From assembly GCA_964106645.2 (NCBI GenBank), contig OZ067046.1: a DNA stretch of 64,000 nucleotides, one strand, 5' to 3'. The stretch comes from Podarcis pityusensis. Lineage: Eukaryota. Below, piece after piece: positions 24,791 to 38,032 of this stretch. How positions within the stretch are numbered: the stretch's first letter is position 1; each line of letters begins with the position of its first letter. A program made the position numbers and the translations under genes. The notes below the pieces were generated by a model. It was not told where the DNA came from. It did no database searches and saw only the letters and a list, made by a program, of their open reading frames with translations.

Positions 24791-25913
24791 TGTGTTCACA
24801 TTTGGAATGGAAGGAAAATTCAATGAAAGCCCTAGAAAGAAAACCTTTGAAATCCAAGTTGGGTGTTGGGCCATTTTTGTTGCTTCTTTGTCCAAACTCA
24901 AAAAGGTGAACAGTTTTTAAAGCTCCTAAGAAGCAGATTGAATAAAAGACTCTGATTTGGGGAGATAGTATCTAGCCTTGTATTGTCCATTTTTGTAGTA
25001 AAGGTACCTTTCTGCTGAACTAGAAAGAACTCATATTATGATTTAATCGTGATTGTATGGCAGTGTGCAAAGGTTTGTTTCTTTGACATAACTCAGAATA
25101 GCAGCAGCTGATTAATCATTAAAATATTCTTTTTCTTCTTCGTTTTTTTCTTTTTTGCTGACAAACTTTTATGCCAAAAGTGTTTCACTTTTTTCTTTTC
25201 TTTTTTTTTGGAAATCATGTAATTCACCAATGAACACATAAGTAAACAAATGTCAGAGAGCATGGCAAGATTCAATGAGAAGAGAACATTTAATGTTAAA
25301 GTTGTGTTCCGGGTTGACAAGCAATGGAATATTTAATGTTCCTGCTGAATCATGTTCTCCAGCACATTTAGCTCTAGTTAAATTCTGTACAGATTTCACA
25401 GGAGCTGGGTTGACATGTCACAGATTCTGTGAAAGCACCTGTGTGGCAGTTGTTATTATTTTAAAAAAACCCAGAATCATAGAATTGTAGAGGGTACCCA
25501 AGGGTCATCTAGTCCAACGCCCTGCAATGCAGAAATCTCAGCTAAAGCATCCATGACAGATGGCCATCCAACCTCAGTTTAGAAGCCTCTGCTTAAACCT
25601 TCTTTTTAGTTTCATTTCATTTCATTTAAACCTTTTATTTAGTGTTAAGGGAGGGGTAGTATCTCTTGTTGGGGACACATTGTGCTCCTTCTGGGGGAGT
25701 TTGCCCACCTTTGGTCCACACCCTGCACTCAGCTTTCACCTGTGACTCCTAGAAGCTGCCAGCATTTGACCATGGCCACACCCAATATAAAAAAGAAAAC
25801 TTGTCTGCAAGGGCTTAAGATTTATATGTGTTGTTTTTTTAAAAAAAGAAAAGGTGAAAGCACTTTCTTGAGGGGGCTGGGAGAGACTACCAGTGAGGCA
25901 ACTTTTCCACGCC

Positions 25914-25916
<3 letters not shown>

Positions 25917-25962
<46 letters not shown>
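25917..25962. repeat. (TC)n microsatellite
   Basis: Direct inspection. Confidence 0.95.
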
Positions 25963-25966
<4 letters not shown>

Positions 25967-26035
25967 GGACTACAACATTATACCTCTATCATACTTCTGC
26001 CTGTGTCCATTTAGCTTAGTTTCAATCTCAACCCT

Positions 26036-26385
26036 AAAGGTAAAGGGACCCCTGACTGTTAGGTCCAGTCGCGGACGACTCTGGGGTTGCGATGCTCATC
26101 TTGCTTTATTGGCCAAGGGAGCCGGCGTACAGCTTCCGGGTCACGTGGCCAGCATGACTAAGCCACTTCTGGCGAACCAGAGCAGCGCACGGAAACACCA
26201 TTTACCTTCCCGCCCGAGCGATACCTATTTATCTACTTGCACTTTGACGTGCTTTCGAACTTCTAGGTTGGCAGGAGCAGGGATTGAGCAACAGGCGCTC
26301 ACCCCATTGAAGGGATTCGAACTGCCGACCTTCTGATCGGCAAGTCCTAGGCTCTGTGGTTTAACCCACAGTGCCACCCGCGTCC
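26036..26385 (-). mobile_element. Sauria SINE, full length
   Basis: Same consensus as 6120; aaccct duplicated at both flanks. Confidence 0.92.
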
Positions 26386-27954
26386 TAACCCTGATTAAAA
26401 GTGCACTGGCATGAAAAATGTAGAGGCTGAAACAGAATGGGTTGACTTCTGCTGATAAACACCTTGGGTAGGATCCGGCCAAATTTTAAGTCACATGGAT
26501 TTCCTGCTGAAATTAATGGCCCTTAAATGTGTCAGCTTGGCTGGGCTGTGCCCCTTGTGAATTATAAATAAAATCCGACCGGTTTATTACAACAAATCAT
26601 CATGTAACATTCTGCTTTCTAGGTTAGAGCAGAATGACGTGTAAGCGTCTGCTGAAGCCTGGATGTCTTCCAAACTCCCCACCTCCCCAACCCGATAAAT
26701 ATTTCCTTATCAGTAATTTTGTCGTACAGTTTTCCTGGAATGTGGAGATACTGTTGGCTTTCTGTTGATTTCCTAAAGATGGCATGTACCCAGATTCAAA
26801 GAAATCTGAAACCATCTTGGCTTCAGTAGAGATTTCATCAATTGCAACATTACCTTAGACTCTTAAAATTAGTCCCTGTCAGTACACTGCTTAGCATTTG
26901 TAGGGTAAAAGGCTGAAAAATGAGTAGGAAGTGCTATCAGCTTGCTCATCTAGAGAAGGGGATTTGTACCACCCTGCTTTTTAAAAGTGGGCGTATGAAT
27001 GGTTCTAACAGCCATCAGCCCAGCCCCCAGGCACTGTGAGTTCCAGCCACCCCTGGTTATCCACCCTCTGCTTCTTCTAGGAGTTCATACCCAAAAGAGG
27101 TATTTTAACTGGTAAACATAGAGAGACAGAGGCATTAAAAGACAGTCAATACAGAAAAGAAACCAGATGATAAAAAAACTCCTAACTTCTCTTTCGACTC
27201 TTCATTGATAATAATTTGCTGGGCTTGAACTTATAATTTTGGAAGTATGAATGTCCATTCAATTACAACAGGATTGGAACCATGATAGGTATTCTCTTCT
27301 CCAATCCTCTCTCCATCCCCCCTCTCTTCCTCCATGCTTTAGAGGTGAATTTTACTTCAAATCTCTTGATCAGCCAGACCAATGGGTTGGGCTTTGTGTG
27401 CCTAGCCACAGACCCCTCACCCCCCTGGGAGCCAAGGCCAGGAAAAACAAGACACAACGCAGTAGGATTAAAATTAGGCCACAACTTTATTAAATTTCAG
27501 ATGTAGGAAACCTTGGCTTAGGCACTGGGCGGTTATCCCTCTTAGCCCCCAATTGGGGACTGAGGCTGGGCAAGGGTGAGGCAGGAAATATGGGGGAGAC
27601 TGCAAAATGGATGTTTACGCAGCTGCCCCCCTCAAGTTCTGAGAGTTTGACCATACACCGAGCACTCGTGGCCAGTGATTCCCTGCGAAAACCCCTTTAA
27701 CGGGGCCCTGCTAACAGCACTGCACGAGGGGTGCATAACCACGCTACCCCTCCATTCCGTTGATGGCCTAAAGAATACCACCCAAGGCCTAAAATCACCA
27801 AAGTTGTGACAATTGCTATGGGGAAGGCAAAACCTGCAGAATCTGGGAAACAGCAACCATCGTGCGACTGCAGCAATGCCCACGGACCTGAAAAGGAAAA
27901 GGTTAACCTGCAACAACCTTAAAACAGTTAGAGAGAGGGTAGGGTGGGTGATAA

Positions 27955-28300
27955 GGGATGCGGGTGGCGCTGTGGGTTAAACCACAGAGCCTAGGACTTG
28001 CCAATCAGAAGGTCGGCGGTTCGAATCCCCATGACGGGGTGAGCTCCTGTCGCTCGGTCCCTGCTCCTGCCAACCTAGCAGTTCGAAAGCACCTCAAAGT
28101 GCAAGTAGATAAATAGGTACCACTCCGCTAGGAAGGTAAACAGCGTTCCTGTGCACTGCTCTGGTTCGCAGAAGTGGCTTAGTCATGCTGGCCACATGAC
28201 CTGGAAGCTGTATGCCAGCTCCCTTGGCCAATAAAGTGAGATGAGTGAGATGAGTGCTGCAACCCCAGAGTCGGCCAGGGGTCCCTTTACCTTTACCTTT
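27955..28300 (+). mobile_element. Sauria SINE with a small 3' deletion
   Basis: gggatgcgggtggcgctgtggg ... ccctttacctttacc. Confidence 0.92.
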
Positions 28301-28498
28301 GGTGGGCAAGGTGAGCAGTCATTACTGTTACTTGAAGTGACCAGCCAGTGTGCAAGTTAACTTTGAAGATGGACCTTCCTTCTCTATTGTTAAAAGGGAA
28401 ATGAAGCAGGAAAAGAGTCATTGTCTCTCAGGACATAGATATTCCTTAAAGATCACCAATTATTCACCTGGCAGGAAGTGTATTGTGATGGAATGGGC

Positions 28499-28611
28499 AT
28501 TGAGTGTAAGACAGCTCTCGAACCACTCTTTGTCTGCTTTTTTGGCGTAGGTGACTCACCCACGCCAAAAAAGCAAACAAAGATTGGTTCGAGAGCTGTC
28601 TTACACTCAAT
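28499..28611. repeat. 113-bp near-perfect palindrome
   Basis: Arms 28499-28554 and 28556-28611 (56 bp, 3 mismatches), 1-nt spacer. Confidence 0.95.
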
Positions 28612-30480
28612 AACCAGCACTTTGGACCAGCTTTTAATTTATAGCTAGATAGGATCTGAAAATGTAACTAAATTGTGTTTTCTCTGCGCTGTTACCTGAA
28701 ATATTTTTGTAATGTTGATGGAGAGTAAGTGATTGGGATTTTCATGCTGTCGTGCAATTACAGTTCTACTATAGTTGGATACCTGTTTGGACATCTGGAG
28801 GGCTTTTATCGACTTATAAGTACAATCTTGGATGGAAGTACTGCTTGATATTGTATTATCAATGTGAGTTGACAGTGTTTATTGGCACTGTGTATTTTTC
28901 TTTCCTTTTTTAATATCATGTTTTCTTGGTCTTTTTTCCCCTCAAGAGTTTTTTGTCCAAGAGTTTGGAATCTGTGATTTTCAGGATACCAAGGAGGGAT
29001 TTAGGCTTGTTTTTAAAGCTATGCTTAAGGAAAAAAACTATTGGATAACTAGCCAGAATATAAGCTGATGCAGGCCATTTGATAAATATAAATTCACGTG
29101 ACTCCTGTAAAACATTGTCAATCATAGCTTCTGATCTCAGTAAGAAAGGAATTCAATTTGCTGTAGGTTTCTTTCAGAAACATACATAATTTCTGGCTTC
29201 TCCTTCAACTGTATATGTTATAAATGACTTATATAATAACGTGAAACAAATGCCAGTCATGAAGCATGACTAGTTTGGTAATTTAAAGGGGGGGAAATAA
29301 GAATTTGAGACTTGAAGTGAGATATTAAAAAAAACTATGTTTCATATTTAATTATCAATATTTGATAGCCCATATTTTGTAATCGCATACCACTTGCTAT
29401 TTTATGTTTGTAATCTGCTAGCTGCTGTTCCTTAATAGTCGACAATTTATCACTCAATAGTAATTGTTTAAAATCAGCATTGGTTTGTGCTAAAAGGAGT
29501 CACATTGGTTCTTTGCAACATCTGGAACAAACTCATTTATATCAGTCCTTCATTACAACACTTTACTGAAATACAGAAACATGGTCCTGGTTTGTACATC
29601 ACAGTAAGCCATGCCAATCCCTGCATGCTTTGATCCTTCCCACTGGTGTGTGGGAGAAACAAACCATGATCCCTGGCTTAGCAGCATAATTTGTTTCTTT
29701 CCAATCAAACCTAAATCTGTAGCCAGAGTTTGCTCTTGATTTATTCTTCAGGGTTTGTTTGGAGTGAAACAAATTATGATACCCAGTTTGAAGGTAACAT
29801 TAAGCCAGGGATTTGGGTTTGTTGCTTCTGCACACAAGGCAGGTGAGATCTGTACATTCACAGCAAATCATTAACTCTGGTTAACCGTGGGAAACAATAT
29901 TTATTGGCCACCAGCTATATTTCAGCCAGTATTAAGGAAATGGTTGTATTTAGAAAAAAGAGAGAAGATGAGATAAAAGGAAAGACTTCTTGTCATCAAA
30001 ATCTTTGGCTTAACAATGTTGCTTTGGAAGAAGTTGTTATCTTGGTTTGCCTCAAATATATATATATATGTATATGTATATGGCATATTTCACTGAGACA
30101 ATTTAGGATGATGCACAGCACTTGTTCATTAGCAGAAAACCTGACACTACATTATTCCAACGTGCAAAAGCAAGTCAGACTCTTGCCAACTACATTATAT
30201 GATCATGAAGTATAGCTGTAAGTTAGAAAGCGTGAGTCTCACTCAAATAATTTAAGTGGAATAGTTTGCTGATAGATTCCTGCCAATGGGTTAATCTTTC
30301 CTTGCATGGAAGACGATACTGTGTCCTCACATGGTTGATTCTGTGCCTGGTGCAGGGACTTGCAGAAATAGCTCCGTTTATGGAGCCTTCCCCTGCTAGC
30401 TCCTCCTAGTTAAGAATTGGGGGAAATGGAGCTGTCCATCTCCTGCTGATCTTCTGTATAGCAAGGCTTTGGAAAAACCT

Positions 30481-30501
30481 TTCAGCACCATGGACAAGAC
30501 A
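30481..30501 (+). promoter_or_regulatory. RE1/NRSE (REST)-like site in intron 2
   Basis: TTCAGCACCATGGACAagaca versus consensus TTCAGCACCnnGGACAGCnCC; the first 16 positions match. Confidence 0.55.
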
Positions 30502-31937
30502 CTCATACAGACTGTCCGAAAGAGCTTTATTTATCTCTATAAAAAGAATAGGTACATACTCTTTGATTTAGGAGGGCATTTATGAATAATGAACTTATGC
30601 ATTGTGAACTTGGAATTTTCTTTTTCTACTGACTGCAGGATTTACAGCCTCTATGTATTTTTTTTTATAAAAAAACCCATTTTATTGTATTTCGGCTATC
30701 ATGCTAGCAGCAGTTTGATACATCAGCGATGCTTTATTATCTTTAATTCTAAAACACTCTGAGCTTCTCATCATGAATGTACAGGGGGGATATGAATCTG
30801 GGAAACAAGCAAAATGCCCCAAAGTCTTCAGGATTTGCCATATATTTGGAGTTGGGAGAGCCAAGACAGATGAGGCAATAACAAAGCTCTTCATGAATTA
30901 ACACGCTAAAGTGTCTATTTTAATATATTAGCTCATTTTCAGATTACTCACAAAGTGAGCAAAAGTTCTTTAGTAGTTTCTCAGACCCTGTGTTTGCTTT
31001 GTAGTAGGAGCGGTCATTAAAGTCAGTGGGAGTTGAACCCACCAATTTTTGCTTGGGGGACGACGACTCATATTTATAGGCTCCATGTGCACAGATGTAT
31101 TGATTGGTCCTTGAAAGCCTGGCGTCTCAGCAGTAATTCACTGATCAGCCATATCTCTACCTTAGAAGCAGGGGAGGGCTATAGTTCAGTGGCAAAGCAA
31201 CTGCGTTACATGCAGAACAACTGGGATAAACCCTGCCTGAAATATTGGAGAACTACAGCTATTCAGTCTAGAGTAGATGATATTGAGTTAGATAGACCAT
31301 TGGGTTGACTTGGTATAGGGCACCTTCCTATTTTCTTAAGGGCCTTAAACCACAGCTGTTCAAATTTACAATGTCACTGTTAACTTTCAGAATGTAATTC
31401 TTTGGTTCCTGGATGGGCATCCCAGGGGTCATAGCATTCTGCTGATCTTCCTCTCCATAAACAGAGAGAGGGATTTGCTGGTGGGGCATGAGTCTGCTCG
31501 TGGTTTCCCCACTGCATTCCTGAATGAAAGGGAGGGCTATAAAAAGCCCAGCAAGACTTGGTGGTTCTACCATCTTCAATTTTCTCTCTCTCACCCCCTT
31601 TGGATTATGTTTGCGTGAGGTGTTCAATTCCTTCTCCATAGCTGAGACATGCCACCATCTCAAAACTGATGGCTAACAAAATCAATGAGCTCTCAGTAAG
31701 GAAAACAATTATCAGCCAACCATCTTGGGCCAATCTCCCTAACAGAAGGAAGGCCAGTCCTTAGTAATGGCAGAAAGAAGCAGAAACGTCAGGGTTATTA
31801 TTGTAACAAAAAGTGCAGTGAGCAATTCAGAAAAATGTACCCAACACTTCAGAAATGGATTTGTGAGGAGCAAATGGGGTAGCCATTTTGTGGCCGTGGG
31901 CTATATCAATTTAGGCCTCTGACCTTGTTTCTCACTA

Positions 31938-32172
31938 CAGTGGTACCGCAGGTTACATATGCTTGAGGTTACATACGCTTCAGACTCCGCTAACCCAGAA
32001 ATAGTGCTTCAGGTTAAGAACTTTGCTTCAGGATGAGAACAGAAATCGTGCTCCGGCGGCACAGCGGCAGCAGGAGGCCCCATTAACTAATGTGGTGCTT
32101 CAGGTTAAGAACAGTTTCAGGTTAAGTACGGACCTCCGGAGCGAATTAAGTACTTAACCTGAGGTACCACTG
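31938..32172. mobile_element. Tc1/mariner (Tigger-like) MITE
   Basis: CAGTGGTACC TIRs, TA TSD; same family as 3662. Confidence 0.9.
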
Positions 32173-33625
32173 TATTTATTGGTTGTTCAAGCTCATAGTA
32201 AACCAGTGTTATAATTACACCTGCTTATTTGGCTCCATACATTACCCATTGCTCAGTTCTAGAAAGGCTACCAAATCACTGCATAGTACCACTTCTTGTG
32301 CTGTATCCATACTTCCCAATGCTTTCCCCAAAGGATGGAAAACTTGTGGCCTTTCAGGTGATATTGGACCCCAGTTCCCCTCAGATTCCTACACATGAGT
32401 ATGAGTCTGGCAGAGACACATGCCCGACTGGCATGTTCTCTCCCTCCTGGTCGTTTGTTCGGGAGATTCAAAATCTTTCTCCAGCCTGAACATTACAGCG
32501 ACTGATGCCTTAGAGGCATCAGTACACGTCAGGATCATCAGAGTATAGGCAGCCAGTGTACAGACTCAGTAGCCCAACATTTTGGCTAAACTATGTTTCT
32601 TTACATATACACACTCGGAGCATCGTAACTCAGCTCCTTCCTCTTCAGCATCAGACAGCAAAGAGAAAGAACAAAGGACAATTGTCCTACATCACAGAAA
32701 CACAGTAATACAAACATCCTGTCTCTGTCACTTCCCACAACGTGGAATGAAAATATACACCATCATGTGATATAACCAATCCCATGACGGGGAAAGAATC
32801 CTAACAGGTCAGTGCTAGGGAAGATGGGAATTGGAGTTCATCAACTTTTGGAGGGACACAGGTTCCATATCCCTGTCCTACTGTCATACCAAAAGTTTCA
32901 CCTGAGCTGTCAATTTACTAGACAAGCCACTATCCCCTTGAGTACAAACCTTCTACAATATGATGATGATGATGATGATGATGATACAGACCAAGCTTGT
33001 GGTGTTGTTGTAAGAACTACGAAGACGTTGCATGCAATGCACTTTGCCCACTTGAAGTTTGATATATACATGCCAAGAGTGATTATGGATTGGTTATTCT
33101 ATAACTATAATTAGGTTTTTTATGGTTTATTTAAGTGTTAAGTGTTCTCAGGTTGGATTTGGTGGCTGTTCCTCACAGATACTGATTAAAGGATGTAGCC
33201 CTGACACGACTTACAAGTTTGCCTTCTCTTCAATGGGATTTGCAAGCTTGTAAGTATTACCCAGATGGTTGCCTTAATCTTTAACATGCCATTTTAATTG
33301 TTACTAATTTAATGCAACAGCATAGCTTATCCACTCCCACTTATCACTAGAGTTTGCTGTTCTTTCAGAAGGAAATAATCAGGGGGACTGCAGTGATGCT
33401 TATAGCCACACACAAAGCGCTCAGTAGTTTCTAAGTGAAGGATTTGGGACAAAAAAAGGATGGGGGACTGGTACATGAAAGCAACCTTAACAAGAAAAGC
33501 TGAATGTGCACTTTAAAGCACACTCAGTGCACATTTAAAGCACATGGCTCCCCCACCCCAAATCCTGGGAAATGTAGTTTGTTAAGGGTGCTGGGAATTG
33601 CAGTTCTGTAAGGGGGGGTAGACTA

Positions 33626-33978
33626 GGGACACGGGTGGCGCTGTGGGTTAAACCACTGAGCCTAGGGCTTGCCGATCAGAAGGTCGGCGGTTCGAATCCC
33701 CGCAACGGGGTTAGCTCCCGTTGCTCGGTCCCTGCTCCTGCCAACCTAGTGGTTTGAAAGCACGTCAAAGTGCAAGTAGATAAATAGGTACCGCTCTGGT
33801 GGGAAGGTAAACGGCGTTTCTGTGTGCTGCTGTGGTTCGCCAGAAGCGGCTTAGTCATTGCTGGCCACATGACCGGCTGTACGCCGGCTCCCTCGGCCAA
33901 TAAAGCGAGAAGAGCGCCGCAACCCCACAGTCGGCCACGACTGGACCTAATGGTCAGGGGTTCCTTTACCTTTACCTA
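33626..33978 (+). mobile_element. Sauria SINE inserted in a palindromic MITE (~33510-34050)
   Basis: 12-bp TSD gggggtagacta (33614-33625, 33979-33990); host halves ctgggaaatgtagt / actacagttcccag. Confidence 0.92.
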
Positions 33979-35020
33979 GGGGGTAGACTACAGTTCCCAG
34001 CATTCTTCGGGGAAAGTAATGCATGTTGGATGTACTTTAAGTGTATGGTGTAGAGAAGGCAAAAAGGATGTGGATTTAGCCCTGCTTTACCAGAGAAACC
34101 TACTTAGCCAATGAGCACACACTTCACCTGCCAGGGAACGATCCCTTCCCTGGCTACATTTGACACCCACACGATCCCTTGTGATAAGTAGGAAAGAAAA
34201 CTGGAGAAAAATGATACACAGTGAAATTCTGTTTGTGTTTACTCAGAAGCAGAAATGTTTTCTCTAGAGAACACTCTGGTGTTTTTAGCGGAACTCACAT
34301 TGTGGTATGCCTAGGATTGCGAAGCCCCATTGAACACAACAGAGCTTCCTTCTAAGTAGGCATGCATAGGATTGCACTGAACACAGGACAAATGCCGAAA
34401 TATAGCTGTCCTTTGTCAACAACAAACTGTCACTGTTTTCTGTGTTGAATATATATTATATGGTAATTTATGGACCTAATATGTATTTGCACATGTTGCC
34501 ATGCAACCAGTCCACACAGAAGATAGGCACCCTATATATAGAAATGAGCAAACCAGTGATATTTTAGGGAGCAGGCTAGCAGGCAGGGCCCATTACTTAC
34601 GTACATCACAGGAGCCTACACAACACAAAACACTGTTGCCTTATGTAGGTTTTATTTTATTTGTTTTTATCTTATATTTTGGAAATGTACATCCACGTTT
34701 TTTTCCTTTAATTGTTTGGGGGGTCCCCAAGAGAGTGGGGCCCTAAGCTACAGCTTGTTTAGCTTATACGTAAATGCGGCACTGAAACCCGTATCTCATA
34801 AGAGCAATCTAGGTGTTAGGCGCAAATGAGCCTTACCAAGCCTCTGTGTTCTTTGAAAATGAAAAACATTTTTGGAAAGGGCCAAGTCTGGGTGGAGGGG
34901 TGCTTATCCTATTTTCTGCTGACTGGTATTCAATTCCACTTAACTCCCTGCTCCCTGCTTTTTCCCTCTGTGGCTTTGCAAGCTTCTTGGGCTCCTGTAG
35001 CAGTGGGTGGAGCTTGGGAC

Positions 35021-35185
35021 CATAGCTGTCAACTTACAGATTTGAAAATAAGGGACCAGCAGCCTCAAAAATAAGGGATCAGCAGCCAAAATAAGTTATT
35101 TTTTGGGCACAGCTATGTTCAACTTCTGAGCCCCTCCCAGCCAAAGGCAGAAAGCCCAGCCAGCAGCCAAACGAAGCCTCAAGCT
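35021..35185. mobile_element. Truncated copy of the hAT element at 43457
   Basis: catagctgtcaacttacagatttgaaaataagggaccagcagcctc shared with 43457. Confidence 0.85.
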
Positions 35186-35698
35186 TCTTATATATTTATT
35201 ATTTTGGAGATAGTTGGTAAGTCATTATTGTGTGTACTGGGAGTTTTGCCCCCAGTCCTGATGTGTAATATGGGTTTAAATATACTGACCTACCTTAAAG
35301 GCTTCTTTTAACCATTACTGTGATTATACACGGAGTGCTTAGACAGCTCAGAGAAAATGTAATAATTATAATACTCCAAAGAACTTCACCCTTTGGAAAA
35401 TGTGACTGCATTTACCCTGGATCAAAAGACATTTCTCTGCAGGAGTTCTAACCCTTTTTTTTGTTTATTAAAAAATATATGATTTGATCTTAAGTTCCTT
35501 CGCCAGTAACCAGACAGATAATTGCAGCAGGGGTGTGTACGTGGGTGCAGTTAATAATAAATATAATGAGGGCTGGTTCAGGAGCTTGTGAACTGGGAAG
35601 CAACTATATCATTTGATGCTGATTGTTTTAAACTTTTTAAAATGTTGTATTTTGAATTGCTGTCACTCGCTCTGGGATGTTAGAATGAAGAATGGGTA

Positions 35699-35737
<39 letters not shown>

Positions 35738-35741
35738 GTTT

Positions 35742-36089
35742 AAAAGGTAAAGGGACCCCTGACCATTAGGTCCAGTCGTGACCGACTCTGGGGTTGTGGC
35801 GCTCATCTCACTTTATTGGCTGAGGGAGCCGGTATATAGCTTCCGGGTCATGTGGCCAGCATGACTAAGCCGCTTCTGGCGAACCAGAGCAGCAGACGGA
35901 AACGCCGTTTACCTTCCCGCCAGAGCGGTACCTATTTATCTACTTGCACTTCGGGCTTTCGAACCGCTAGGTTGGCAGGAGCAGGGACCAAGCAATGGGA
36001 GCTCACCCCGTTGCGGGGATTTGAACCACCAACCTTCTGATCGGCAAGTCCTAGGCTCTGTGGTTTAACCCACAGCACCACCCGAATCC
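35742..36089 (-). mobile_element. Sauria SINE, full length
   Basis: Consensus match; taataatacttg duplicated at the flanks; preceded by (AAT)n. Confidence 0.92.
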
Positions 36090-36642
36090 TTTAATAATAC
36101 TTGCTAGTGCTTGCAAAATGTTTTGTGTGTGCTATTCATCACCTGATGAAGCCTCTAGCCCACCTTTGACCCAGTCATATTTTTACCTGCCCTATAGCTA
36201 ATGTCATATATGACATGTAGTCACCAACACAGGGGTCCTTTTGGACCCAGAAGAGGGTGGAACTGTAGAAGGAATGGGGGTGGAGCAGAAGGGGTATAAT
36301 GGGGTGGGGTGCACTTATATGCACTCCGTCAATATGTGGGGGGGCTGGGAATGGAACCCCCATGTGAAATCCTCCCCACCTGTATTCAGTTCAAGCTTTG
36401 ACTTAAGCCTTGGTAGCCAGCCTGTCGGAAAACAAGAGAAAAATTGGAAATGCAAAGAATGTGGTTTTCTACAATTCTTCGGAGATAATTTTCATACAAG
36501 TGTTCCAAGAAGCCATCCGTACAATTGGCTTCATACTTTTGTTATAAACTTATTCTGCTTACCTGAAAAACAAAATTGTCAGTGTCATTTAAGCCATGAA
36601 GTGAGGCTGATCGGTTTTCCAGGCAGCTGTCCAAATGGCAAA

Positions 36643-36874
36643 ACTGGATGACTCAGATGACTGCTAAAAAGATATGGGCCTAGTATTTACCTATACATTG
36701 TCTTTCTTGATTTCTTTCCCAGGTTGGTAGTGACTGAAGTTATTACCATCTGTCTACTGCTCAGTGACCTTGGCAAAATTAGATGGTATTCTTAGCACTG
36801 TCCCCAGTGGACAGGTGTCCTGCTCACGAAATTGGCCCCAGTTGATACCTTGTTGGCATCTTTAGCTGATAGGC
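36643..36874 (+). mobile_element. LF-SINE remnant (5' half)
   Basis: Colinear blocks ACTGGATGACTCAG, CCCAGGTTGGTAGTGACTGAAGTTATTACCATCTG, AGTGGACAGGTGTCC, AATTGGC and CCTTGTTGGCA match the LF-SINE consensus as I recall it. Confidence 0.75.
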
Positions 36875-37790
36875 TGTGTGTTGAATAACAGTGAAAAGCA
36901 AATTACCTCATAATTTCTTCAAATGACCTTCTTTGAATCAGGAAGATGTCATAGATGTGGTTGCAATCTTCAGTATATCTCTCCTACAGCAATGTTTTCA
37001 AACTTCTTTTCCTCTGGGGATGCTTTCTATGTAGACATCATATTTTTTTGTTTATTGAGGTGTCCCAGCACATACCTGTTGTGTAACCTCTGCATGTGGT
37101 GGCCAATGAGTTGCTTTACAGATGAACTCCCATCAGGCCAATGGTCAGGGATTGTAGTCCAACAACATCTGCAATCCAACTCCATGCTGGCTATCCTTGT
37201 TTCATGGGATTCTGGACGGGTCTTTGAGCACGGTCTCAGCTTGCGAGGGGAACTTGGCAGAGAGGTTGATATCTGCCTTTCCATCATATTAAACACCACA
37301 CACTTGTCTGAGACTACTCACTGCAGAAAAGAAAAACCAATAATGGCATACAAACTTTAAGAGGAGGTTTCTTATGACCTCCCTCCCTAAGGAACATGCA
37401 GGGCCACAGCTTCAAAACCATACCAATAAAGTAGATCTATTTGGTAATAAATAAACTACTCAGCAGCAGGGCTACAGAGCTTCTGTGATTCTGAAGAACT
37501 GCCGTACAAGCATACAGTTTGACTGCAACCTGCTGAGAACTGCAGTTGTCTTTTTTAAAAATGCACAACCAAATTTCTAGGTAGTGTGGCTACAGATATA
37601 TCGGCTTGAACGTGTGTGGAGAAACCATTTCAAGTCTATTATTGCAGCTACGCAGACTAAAACATCATTTTTTCTGTGAGTAGGGTGTACAAAACGAGTG
37701 GCAAATATACGCTGACTTCATAGTTTTGTGGCTGTGGCGAACATTTGCTCTTCTAGTTGCATGTGTGTGTAGGTTAGTTCCTTTTGTATA

Positions 37791-38032
37791 CAGTGGTACC
37801 TCGGGTTACATATGCTTCAGGTTACATAAGCTTCAGGTTACAGACTCCGCTAACCCAGAAATAGTGCTTCAGGTTAAGAACTTTGCTTCAAGATGAGAAC
37901 AGAAATCGTGCTCCGGCGGTGCAGCAGCAGCAGGAGGCCCCATTAGCTAAAGTGGTGCTTCAGGTTAAGAACAGTTTCAGGTTAAGTACGAACCTCTGGA
38001 ACGAATTAAGTACTTAACCCAAGGTACCACTG
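37791..38032. mobile_element. Tc1/mariner (Tigger-like) MITE
   Basis: CAGTGGTACCT TIRs, TA TSD. Confidence 0.9.
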
